Positions 25,448-33,726 of a DNA stretch of 33,726 bases are shown in pieces. This DNA is from a virus (lineage: Duplodnaviria > Caudoviricetes), in the IMG/VR virus record IMGVR_UViG_3300037722_001733, positions 1-33,726 of that record, one strand, 5' to 3'. The notes below the pieces were generated by a model. The model searched no databases and was not told where the DNA came from. It was given only the letters and a program-made list of their open reading frames with translations. The position numbers and the translations under genes are program-made. Position 1 is the first letter of the stretch. Each line of letters opens with the position of its first letter.

Positions 25448-26218
25448 ATGCCGCCCGTCATCCTCGCGACGAACCTGTTCTCTTTGGGGGGGACGATCTC
25501 CGCGTCGACCACCGAGGCGGGCTACTACGCCGCCAGCCTCGCGGACGGCCTGGAGTACACCCACTGGAAGGCGAACGCGGGCGGTGCGCAGTCCGTAACG
25601 CTTGATCTTGGGGTCGGCAACGCCCAGGCCGCCGACGCCTTGGGCGTCAAGAAGCACAACCTGAAGACCGTCGGCGCGACCGTCTCCGTGGAGAGCTCCG
25701 ACGACGGCGCCGTCTGGACCCCGCGCCTCGCCGGGTTCGTCCCGTCCACGGACAAGGCGCTCCTCAAAACGTTCGCCTCCGCTACGGCCCGGTACTGGCG
25801 GATCGGCCTGGCCGGGTGCACGGCGGCGCCGCAGATGGCGGTCGCCGTGGTCGGTCCCCGGATCGACTTCCCGTACCCGCCGAATTCCCCCTTCGTGCCC
25901 TCCGAGGAGGGGATCGAGGGGGAGACGAATCGGAGCAAGCTCGGTGTGCTCCTGGGCGTCACCGTGCGGTGGAAGACCTTCCGGGTCCGCGCGACGTGGA
26001 CCCGGCTTTTGAGGACCTGGCTCGACGCGAACCTTGCGCCCTTTTGGGACGGGCACGCCAGCAACCTGAAACCGTTCTTCTGGGGGTGGGACCTCTCCGC
26101 CTACCCGGACAAGGTCCACTACGGGGCGGTGCCGGACGGGTACAAGTGGCGCCCGGACGTCAGCAGGGGCCTCCATTACGAGACCTTCGAGATCGAGATC
26201 GAGGGGGCGAAGGAGTAG
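25448..26218 (+). CDS. putative distal tail protein
   Basis: Immediately after TMP; discoidin-like ARYWRI motif. Confidence 0.65.
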   Translation: MPPVILATNLFSLGGTISASTTEAGYYAASLADGLEYTHWKANAGGAQSVTLDLGVGNAQAADALGVKKHNLKTVGATVSVESSDDGAVWTPRLAGFVPSTDKALLKTFASATARYWRIGLAGCTAAPQMAVAVVGPRIDFPYPPNSPFVPSEEGIEGETNRSKLGVLLGVTVRWKTFRVRATWTRLLRTWLDANLAPFWDGHASNLKPFFWGWDLSAYPDKVHYGAVPDGYKWRPDVSRGLHYETFEIEIEGAKE

Positions 26219-26221
26219 ACG

Positions 26222-27217
26222 ATGGGACGGATTTTCGTGGACGGCTTCGAGCACGGGAACCTGTCATTCTGGCCGACCCAAGTAGGCGCTAGTGTCGTGT
26301 CCTCGGCCGGGTTGGACATGGACGGCAACTACTGCCTGAATTGCACTCCGTCCACCGCCTATGTCCAACGATCCCTCGCCGCCGCCGGCGAGAGATATTT
26401 CGCCTTGCGGTGGCGCACGACGCAGCCGTCTATAGCTCTTGGAATATTATCCGTTTATAAGGGCAGTACACCTCTGATCAATGTTTCCTCCGGCCCGGGC
26501 GGTATCTTCCAAATTGTCAGCGGTGCCGGCTTGTTGGCAAGCACCAGTGGGGGCTTGTGGTCGAGTAATACGACCTACAAGGTCGAAATCTATATCAAAA
26601 TCGACGACACCGCCGGCCGGGTCGTCATGAAGCTGAACGGCGTCACGGTTTTAGACTTCACCGGGGATACCAAACCCGGGACGGATACCACGTTTGACTC
26701 GTTTCTGCTCGGTAAGTCGGTTCCGGGGTTCCCTATTGCCAATAGCGGCTATTCCTATTTCGACAACGTCGTGGTCGACGACACGGAATGGCCCGGCGAC
26801 ACCAAGATCGCGGGGGTATTTCCGACCGGCGCGGGGAACTCGGCGCAATGGACGCCCTCGGCGGGAGCCAACTGGGACTGCGTCGAGGAGGTCCCGCCGT
26901 CGGACGCGGACTACATCACCACGAACACCGTCGGCCAGAAGGACACCTACGCCGCGAGCGACCTGCCCGCTGACGCCTCGGCCGTCAAGTGCGTCCAGTT
27001 CGCGGCGAGGGCGCAGAAGGAGGGGGCCGCAACCCCTCAGAACCTGGCCTTCGTGATCCGGACCGGGGGCGCGGACTACGAAGGAAGCGTCGTGGCCCTG
27101 CCGACGGGCCTCTCCGAGCACGTCCGGGACATCTGGGTGAACAACCCGGCCACCTCCCAAGCCTTCACCCCCTCGGAGGTCAACGGGATGGAGATCGGCA
27201 TCAAGGCGATTGCATAG
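26222..27217 (+). CDS. tail-tip protein with lectin-like beta-sandwich
   Basis: FVDGFE...KVEIYIKI...G.VVMKLNG...YFDNVVV pattern. Confidence 0.6.
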   Translation: MGRIFVDGFEHGNLSFWPTQVGASVVSSAGLDMDGNYCLNCTPSTAYVQRSLAAAGERYFALRWRTTQPSIALGILSVYKGSTPLINVSSGPGGIFQIVSGAGLLASTSGGLWSSNTTYKVEIYIKIDDTAGRVVMKLNGVTVLDFTGDTKPGTDTTFDSFLLGKSVPGFPIANSGYSYFDNVVVDDTEWPGDTKIAGVFPTGAGNSAQWTPSAGANWDCVEEVPPSDADYITTNTVGQKDTYAASDLPADASAVKCVQFAARAQKEGAATPQNLAFVIRTGGADYEGSVVALPTGLSEHVRDIWVNNPATSQAFTPSEVNGMEIGIKAIA

Positions 27218-27226
27218 AAGGCGGCC

Positions 27227-29398
27227 ATGGCGGACCAGGTAAAGACAACCCAGCTCGGGGCGCAAGGCGAATACGATCCGCCCCCGCAGCAGAAGATCTC
27301 CCAGGTCGGGGCGCAGGTCGAATACGACCCTACGATCACCCAGAAGATCACCCACCTGTTCGCGGGCGTGGAGTTCCAGCCGCCGCCGCTATGCCGCGTC
27401 TCCCAGTTCTTTGCCCAGGCCGAGTACGTTTCCGGGCCGGGCGCTCCCGGAAACATCTCCGCCGTCGGCGGTATCGGGCAGATCACGGTCTCTTGGGACG
27501 ACGTTGCCGGGGCCGACTCGTACAACCTGTACTGGGGGTTCTCTCCGGGAATCACCAAGTCCACGGGGACGAAGATCGAAGGCGTCTCCTCCCCGTTCAT
27601 CCACCCGTCGCTCTTGCCGGAGACGACCTACTACTATTTCGTGACGGTCGTGGACGAGGGGCTCGAATCGGGGGAATCCGCGGTCGTGAGCGCGACGACG
27701 GTGGTGCCGGTATCCGCGGGTCGGACGCCGTTGGCCCGGGTCATCATCACGCTTGATTTCTGCGGCCGGACCTTCGGGGTCGATCCGTGTCTCGCGACGG
27801 GCGTTCCCTGCTACAACACCTGGGCGACGTGCAAGTATTTTTCCGCGTTCCTGCGCCAGGACCGGGACTACCTGTTCTCCGAGCCGCCCCAGCCGTTCGA
27901 CAACGTCCGCCCGTACGTCAAGAGCCTGAAGATCCTGCCGACGGAAATCAAGACCTCGTTGACCGTGAACTCGCGGATCAACGTCGAGTTCCACGACGAC
28001 GCTTCCGACATCGACGTGCACACCGACCCGTACTGGAGCCAGCGAGCCTCGCATCCGGGAACCTTCTGGAAGCGCCTGCTCGCGCGGAACCCGAACTACC
28101 GGCGGCGGCGCATCCGGATCTTCGAGGGGTTCCTGGGCGACAGCGAGGAGTACTACAAGGAGCGCTGGAACGGGGTGCTGGAGAACATCACGCTCGGCAA
28201 AGCGGTCATCCACGTGGAGGCGGTCGATATCCTGCGGGACCTGTCGAAGATCGAGGTCCCCCCGAAGCTCGACAGCAAGCTCGCCGCGGCCCTGGATGCG
28301 GCCACCACCTTCGGGGCGACGCTCACCTCCGTGGAGGGATTCGACCCCTCCGGGTACATTCGGATGGACACGGAAGTCATCGGGTATCAGTCGATCAACG
28401 CGGAGGCGCGGCAACTGCTCACGCTGACCCGGGGGGCGTATCGCACCGTGGCCGACGACCACGCGGTAAACGCCAAGGCCCAGAAGTGCCGCGTTTACGG
28501 TCCGAAGAACTGGTGCGACCTGCTGAAAGACGACCTCCTGAAGGCGGACGGCGGCCTGGCCGACTCGGATCTGAACCTGCCCTCCTTCGCCGAGGCCCGG
28601 GAGTGGCCGACGGGAGAAGTCCTCTTCTTCGCCGTCGTGTCGGAGCCCGTGAAACTCTCCGTGCTGGTCATGGAGATCGTGGACCTCCTGGACGCCCGGA
28701 TCTGGATCGGGGAGGACCTGAAAGTCACCGTGCGGCGCAACGTCCCCAACGCCCCCGGCCGGCAGTACTACGCGATCGACGACGAGAGCAACATCGTCTC
28801 CGGGTCCGCCAGCGTCGATCTGAACGAAAAGGCCAGGCTCACGCGCTGTGCGATCTACTGGGACAAGAACCCGATCGGCAAGCTCGACGACGTGCTCTCC
28901 TACAGCCGCCTCGAGGTCGCGGTCGACGCGGACGCCGAAAGCTCCAATGCGTACGGCGAGGTGCTCGAGAAGAAAATCTTCTGCCGATGGCTATCGGCGA
29001 CCTACATGCAGGAGGAGCTGGCGGCGCAGGCGGTGAAAAACCTCGCCGGGCGGAAGGTGCTCCAGGCCAGGGAGGGGCAGACGATCGTCTCCTTCCTCCT
29101 GGACTTGAAGGATAGCGCGATCAAGACCGGGGACTGGGTGCTCCTTACCACCGACGAGATTCTGCTTCCGGACGGAAGGCCCATTCCCGGCTTGTCCTTC
29201 CAGGTGGTCAAGCGGGAAATGAAGGCCGGGAAGGTCGGATACCAGCTGCTCAAGATGAGCGACCGACGCTTCTGCATCATCGGCCCCTCGGGTCAGCCGG
29301 ATTATATGTTTGCGAGCGCCGCGCAGCGCGAATACGGGTACATCGCCGGGAGCGACGGGAAGATGAGCAACGGCGACCCCGGGTACCACCCCTACTAA
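27227..29398 (+). CDS. tail hub/central tip protein with N-terminal repeats and FN3 domain
   Basis: ITVSWDDVAGADSYNLYW...YYYFVTVV FN3; C...FG..PC.A...CYNTW.TC Cys motif. Confidence 0.75.
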   Translation: MADQVKTTQLGAQGEYDPPPQQKISQVGAQVEYDPTITQKITHLFAGVEFQPPPLCRVSQFFAQAEYVSGPGAPGNISAVGGIGQITVSWDDVAGADSYNLYWGFSPGITKSTGTKIEGVSSPFIHPSLLPETTYYYFVTVVDEGLESGESAVVSATTVVPVSAGRTPLARVIITLDFCGRTFGVDPCLATGVPCYNTWATCKYFSAFLRQDRDYLFSEPPQPFDNVRPYVKSLKILPTEIKTSLTVNSRINVEFHDDASDIDVHTDPYWSQRASHPGTFWKRLLARNPNYRRRRIRIFEGFLGDSEEYYKERWNGVLENITLGKAVIHVEAVDILRDLSKIEVPPKLDSKLAAALDAATTFGATLTSVEGFDPSGYIRMDTEVIGYQSINAEARQLLTLTRGAYRTVADDHAVNAKAQKCRVYGPKNWCDLLKDDLLKADGGLADSDLNLPSFAEAREWPTGEVLFFAVVSEPVKLSVLVMEIVDLLDARIWIGEDLKVTVRRNVPNAPGRQYYAIDDESNIVSGSASVDLNEKARLTRCAIYWDKNPIGKLDDVLSYSRLEVAVDADAESSNAYGEVLEKKIFCRWLSATYMQEELAAQAVKNLAGRKVLQAREGQTIVSFLLDLKDSAIKTGDWVLLTTDEILLPDGRPIPGLSFQVVKREMKAGKVGYQLLKMSDRRFCIIGPSGQPDYMFASAAQREYGYIAGSDGKMSNGDPGYHPY

Positions 29399-29410
29399 GG
29401 AGAGGCCGGA

Positions 29411-30397
29411 ATGGCGTACGAAGCCCTGACCCAGGCCGAGTGTCAACAGGACGAGCCGGTCACGACCGACCTCCTCCTGAAGATCAAGAACAACTTCGAA
29501 TACCTCTACTCCCTCATCGGTTCCGGCAGCGGCGGCGGCGGCGGGGGTGGCGGCGGCGGGATCCCGAACGGCTCCTTCGAGATCGACGAGGACGGCGACA
29601 ATATCCCCGACACCTGGACGCGCTACCTCTACCCGGGCGGGTCCGGCGCCTACGACATCTCCGCTCCGATGCACGGCGCGAAGTCGTACAAGTTCACCCG
29701 GGCGGCCGGATCGAACAACGGCGGCGGGTACCTGGAGAGCGATTACATCGCGGCTAGCGAGCTGTTCAACGGGAAGATCGGGTTGATCTACCGTTGCTCC
29801 GTTCCCGGGATCAAGGTGATGGTCCAGGTCCGCCAATATGACAAGGCGAAGGTGGAGCTCGGCGGGTCGCCGGTGACGCTGTTCTCCTCAACGACGAACC
29901 CGACAATCCGGTCCCGGATCGTCCTCGGATGGATACCGGCCGCCGGCACGCGATTTGTCAAGGTGCGGCTGATCGGCGGATACACGGATACCGACGTGGC
30001 GGGAGACGTGTTCTTCGACGGGGTAGAGCTCGTCCCGGTGGACAACAGGGGTTATGTGCCGACGATCAATGAAGTCTCCTCCCCGACGGTCGGTTGGGGA
30101 GGGGACGTGGCCAGCTTCCAGATCTATATTCCCTTCGGCGTTACGCGCCTGAGGATCAACGGGGAGCTCGTGGGCACGGGCAATTTAATCTGCGATTCCC
30201 GGTTCCGCTTGGGAGGCGTGTACTCGGATGTGAATCCCGGGGCAGTTGCCCGATCGGGTTGGACCCCCGTGACCAACTATATCGACGTTTCTTCCGCACA
30301 GGGCATGGTCGCGACGATTTACTTGCAGCTCTATGTGGGGAACAACCTGACGTATTACCGGAAGCAGACCACGGACGTAAACGATTTCGTCGGGTGA
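29411..30397 (+). CDS. tail protein with carbohydrate-binding-like domain (candidate receptor-binding protein)
   Basis: Gly linker, then IPNGSFE...FFDGVEL CBM-like fold. Confidence 0.65.
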   Translation: MAYEALTQAECQQDEPVTTDLLLKIKNNFEYLYSLIGSGSGGGGGGGGGGIPNGSFEIDEDGDNIPDTWTRYLYPGGSGAYDISAPMHGAKSYKFTRAAGSNNGGGYLESDYIAASELFNGKIGLIYRCSVPGIKVMVQVRQYDKAKVELGGSPVTLFSSTTNPTIRSRIVLGWIPAAGTRFVKVRLIGGYTDTDVAGDVFFDGVELVPVDNRGYVPTINEVSSPTVGWGGDVASFQIYIPFGVTRLRINGELVGTGNLICDSRFRLGGVYSDVNPGAVARSGWTPVTNYIDVSSAQGMVATIYLQLYVGNNLTYYRKQTTDVNDFVG

Positions 30398-30445
30398 AGA
30401 AGCGGACAGGACGAACCGAACCGGAGCCTGTAGAAAAAGGAGGAT

Positions 30446-30895
30446 ATGACGATGGCATCCGTTGTGACGAACCGAGGAAAGTACAGGATCCTGGGACTGT
30501 TCTTCCGGGCGCTCGCGGCGCCCGCCAACATCTACGCCGTGCTGTGCACCTCGGCCGTGGCGCCGGTGGCCGACACGAACACGCTCTCCGAGCTGACGCA
30601 GATCACGGGCGGCACGGGGTACACAACCGACGGGATGGCGCTCGCCCGCAACTCTACGGACTTCGATGTCCTGACCGAGGACGACGTAAACGACCGGGCG
30701 CTGGTCCAGGCGAAGGACCTGGTCTGGACGGGTTCCGGCGGCAACGTGGGGCCCGCACGGTGGATGGCGTTCACCGACGACAACGTGACGCCCGCCGTTC
30801 GGGACGTGCTCGCCGGGTTCGATCTGGTCTCCGACCGGACGGTCTCCGATACCCAGTCCCTGACGCTCCAAAACGCCGAAGTCCGGCTCACCTAA
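30446..30895 (+). CDS. putative virion/tail protein
   Basis: 149 aa; AAGGAGG RBS; G.GY..GG-like and DLVWT motifs. Confidence 0.7.
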   Translation: MTMASVVTNRGKYRILGLFFRALAAPANIYAVLCTSAVAPVADTNTLSELTQITGGTGYTTDGMALARNSTDFDVLTEDDVNDRALVQAKDLVWTGSGGNVGPARWMAFTDDNVTPAVRDVLAGFDLVSDRTVSDTQSLTLQNAEVRLT

Positions 30896-30906
30896 AGGAG
30901 GTCACG

Positions 30907-31380
30907 ATGAAGACCCACCCCGATTGGAGCGCTCCGATGTCCGCACGCGACCGCGCGGACCGAAAGATCGATGACGGCGTGATCGCGCACCAGCTGGACC
31001 CCAACGTCGTCTATCCGTTTTGGCTCGAGAAGCTCGGCTATTCCGTAGAAAGCCCGACCCAGGGGCAGGTAGAGATCGCGCGGATCTGCGCGACGACGTA
31101 CCTCAAGCGCCTGGCGCGGTTTGTGGGTTATGTCGAGGAGAAGGTCACCGACCCCGCGGCCCGGGCGGCGATCTTCTCCAACCCCCGCATGGTCGATCCG
31201 CGGGAGTACCGGGAGCGCCCGGCGGCGTTGTGGCTCCACTGGACGAAGGACGCCCGATGGGTGCTGTCGAAGTTCCAGAAAGACGTTTCCGTGGTCGGCG
31301 TCGACGTGAACGCGGCCGTCCCCCACACCGCGAACGCCGAGTACAACCGGCTGCGGCGCGAGGGGAAGGTCGAGCTATAG
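30907..31380 (+). CDS. hypothetical protein
   Basis: AAGGAGG RBS before MKTHPDW; 157 aa. Confidence 0.75.
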   Translation: MKTHPDWSAPMSARDRADRKIDDGVIAHQLDPNVVYPFWLEKLGYSVESPTQGQVEIARICATTYLKRLARFVGYVEEKVTDPAARAAIFSNPRMVDPREYRERPAALWLHWTKDARWVLSKFQKDVSVVGVDVNAAVPHTANAEYNRLRREGKVEL

Positions 31381-31408
31381 GAAGGCATTCGAGGCGGCAG
31401 GGCAAGAG

Positions 31409-32924
31409 ATGGAGACTACCGGCGCACTTGTTCCGACAGCTGTTGTAACCGCTGCGGAAGCTCCGTGGTCGAACAACGACTGGTCGAACCCGGAGAACAT
31501 ATACGGGGCCGGGGAAGCCAGCGTCACCGCCGCCACGTTCGACGCCGGGGATCGGACGTATGTACTGAAGGCGTCCGCTTTCGACCCTCCTGCGATCGCG
31601 TTAATCCCGGACGGCTCCACGATCGAGGGCGTGCTGGTGACCATCAATGCCAGGTATGCGGTTGTGGTCGTGAACATCGACCTCGCCCAGCTTCTGGACA
31701 CCTCCCGCGCGAAGGTCGGGACGAACCAGTACGCAACACCGCAAGCCCTCACGACCTCGGCGGTGAACTATACCAAGGGCGGATCGGCGGACAAGTGGGG
31801 AAACGAACTCACTGCCGCGTGGGTCAAGGACCCGGACTTCGGCGTGGCGATCGGCTGCCTCGCGGGCGGCTCCGGGAACTCGAATAACGACGTCTATATC
31901 GATTCGGTCACGATGGAGATCTGGTACACGCCGCCGGTGGCTCCGGTGGTCGTCGATCTGGGGGGCGATCCCGCAGCGGCCGCCGCTGCCGGTGCGGACC
32001 CGGTGGTGGCTCTCGGGTCCGTCGCCGTGCCTCCGGCCGTCGCACCTGCGGCGGCATCGGCCGTGGATCCTGGGGTCGTCCTCGGAAGCCTTGTTCTCTC
32101 TCCCGCGCAGGCGGAAGCACTCTCCGGGACGGTCGATCCGACAATCGTCCTGAACGGGCTGGTTATCGTGGCGGCCCCCGCCGCTGCGCTCGCGGACGCC
32201 CTTGATCCCGCCGTCCAGGCCGGGAATGTGATCTTGTATCTCTCGGGCGATCCCGCTCAGGCTCTCGCCTCCGGCGTCGATCCGCCAGTCGTTCTCGCAA
32301 GCCTAGCCCTTTCCCCCGCGGCAGCAGAGGCAATCGCTTCGGGAGTCGCTCCCGCCGCCATACTCGGCGGACTGCTCCTGACGCCGGCCACGGCCCAGGC
32401 CTTAGCCGGCGGAGCGGATCCCGTCGTCGTGCTTGGAACGCTTGTCTTGGCCCCTGGCGCGGCTACAGCCGTCTCCGTTGCGATCGCGCCGACGGGTACA
32501 GGAGGGCGGGGGCGTAATCGTCGACCTGGCGGCGGATGGCGCTCAAGCGCCGGCCGAGGCGTCGTCGCCCGGGGTGATCCTCGGAGCCGTGCTGATCATG
32601 CCGGCGCCCGGCGAATCGGGCTTCTCCGCCATCGGGCCCGGGGCGGTCCTGGGATCGATTGCGCTTTCCCCTGCCACCGCCCAGGCGATCGCGGCGGCGA
32701 TGGACCCGGGCGTGCTCTACGGCGCGATCGTCGTTGTGCCGGGCGCGGCGATCTCCGCCTTGACCGCCGGGAACCCGGTTGTGGTGGGCGGGACGATCGT
32801 CATCTACCCGGTCGACGAGGTCTGCAGGGTCCCCGGCATGGCGCGCGTTCTCCGGGTCCCCGGCATGGCGCGCGTTCTCCGGGTCCCCGGCATGGTCCGG
32901 AAATACGGAAGAAGGGACAACTGA
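31409..32924 (+). pseudogene. repeat-rich tail-fibre-like gene interrupted by a 1-nt frameshift near 32494-32496
   Basis: P-A-x-A-x-A...DP.V.LG repeats switch frame after APT; removing one G restores a continuous ORF to TGA 32924. Confidence 0.65.
32827..32895 (+). repeat. 27-bp tandem repeat, about 2.5 copies
   Basis: GGGTCCCCGGCATGGCGCGCGTTCTCC twice plus a partial copy; encodes RVPGMARVL. Confidence 0.95.
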
Positions 32925-33238
32925 TGATCCGCATCTATACGAACTTGCCCAAGGCGGCGTGGGCCGAGCGGCGGATCTCCCACGACTTCAGCGACGACCT
33001 GGCCACCGGCGATACGATCGCCTCCATCGATTCGATCAAGGTGTTCGACGACAGCACGAATGTCGACATAACGGCGACCGCGAAGAGGGTGGGCTCGGAG
33101 CAGATCGACGAGGGGAACGAGAGCGTCTCCGCTGTCTATATCGGCGGCACTCCGGGTCAGGTCTATCGGATGGAGGCGAAGGTGGTCACGGCCGGCACGG
33201 AGCGCCTACCGTTTGCGATCGTGATGAGGATCGTCTGA
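32924..33238 (+). CDS. hypothetical virion-associated protein
   Basis: TGATG coupling; DFS..LA.GDTI...GGTPG..Y motif. Confidence 0.75.
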   Translation: MIRIYTNLPKAAWAERRISHDFSDDLATGDTIASIDSIKVFDDSTNVDITATAKRVGSEQIDEGNESVSAVYIGGTPGQVYRMEAKVVTAGTERLPFAIVMRIV

Positions 33239-33726
33239 TGAGGCCCGAATACATCGTGGTCCACCACTCGCTCACAAAGGACGGACAGACCGTCAACTGG
33301 GAGGCGATCCGGCGGTACCACGTCGAGACGAACGGCTGGTCCGATATCGGGTACCACCATGGGATCGAACGGGTCGGAGGCGTGCTCGTGGCGATGCGGG
33401 GCCGGTCGGAGACGCAGCCCGGCGCGCACACGAAGGAGATGCATATGAATTCCCGCTCCCTGGGCGTCTGCGTGGTCGGCAACTTCGACCTGGCGCCCCC
33501 GGATATCGAAACGCTGATGTTTCTGAGAGACCTTTGTTTCGCGGGCATGGTAAACCACCGGATCCCGGCCTCGAACGTCATCGGGCACCGGGACGCGGGA
33601 CGGATGGCCGGACACGACTGGAGGCGTGGGCAATTCAAGACGTGCCCCGGCCGGCTGTTCCCGATGAATTCGCTCCGGGACATGCTGTCGGGGAAAATCG
33701 ATACCGAATGGAGGGTAACGACATGA
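33238..33726 (+). CDS. N-acetylmuramoyl-L-alanine amidase (endolysin, Amidase_2)
   Basis: IVVHHS, GWSDIGYH, GAHT...N..SLGVC.VGNF, GHRD, KTCPG. Confidence 0.93.
   Translation: MRPEYIVVHHSLTKDGQTVNWEAIRRYHVETNGWSDIGYHHGIERVGGVLVAMRGRSETQPGAHTKEMHMNSRSLGVCVVGNFDLAPPDIETLMFLRDLCFAGMVNHRIPASNVIGHRDAGRMAGHDWRRGQFKTCPGRLFPMNSLRDMLSGKIDTEWRVTT

Larger units (their letters stand above)
1..33726. mobile_element. Mu-like transposable temperate phage/prophage, internal part (ends not in window)
   Basis: MuA/MuB pair, Gam, GemA, Mu gp28/gp29/gpF/gpG/gp36-like genes, capsid and tail modules, repressor switch. Confidence 0.97.

Noticed and set aside
31409-33238. Single 609-aa protein
   Set aside because: The middle is out-of-register Arg/Gly-rich sequence; better explained as a frameshifted gene plus a separate gene at 32924
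25448-33238. Invertible G-segment or diversity-generating retroelement
   Set aside because: No invertase, reverse transcriptase, oppositely oriented fibre genes or TR/VR pair seen
1-33726. Mu-type TG...CA ends and host junctions
   Set aside because: Both window edges fall at phage gene boundaries; no host DNA or end repeats visible

Overview
The whole window is the interior of a GC-rich transposable (Mu-like) temperate phage or prophage with a non-contractile tail. The genome ends are not visible. Layout: (1) leftward early operon, 1-9.7 kb, with a Ner-like regulator, MuA DDE transposase, MuB ATPase, Gam, GemA, small accessory genes and a D12-class adenine methylase; (2) rightward S24-peptidase repressor followed by an HsdR-N-like PD-(D/E)xK nuclease gene; (3) leftward packaging operon (holin-like, TerS, TerL, portal, MuF with a C-terminal nuclease-like extension, gpG); (4) a symmetric divergent late-promoter region with two tandem palindromes; (5) rightward head, tail and lysis genes, including a tail chaperone with a -1 slippery site. 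The best candidate for a new system is a ~95-nt cloverleaf RNA with a loop-loop pseudoknot and its own predicted sigma70 promoter (11992-12086, + strand). It sits where the immunity gene of the MuF toxin-like protein would normally be, suggesting a virion-borne RNase paired with an RNA antitoxin or decoy. A second antisense structured RNA lies over the methylase leader. All family calls come from motif recognition by eye, and folds were done by hand; no database searches were run.
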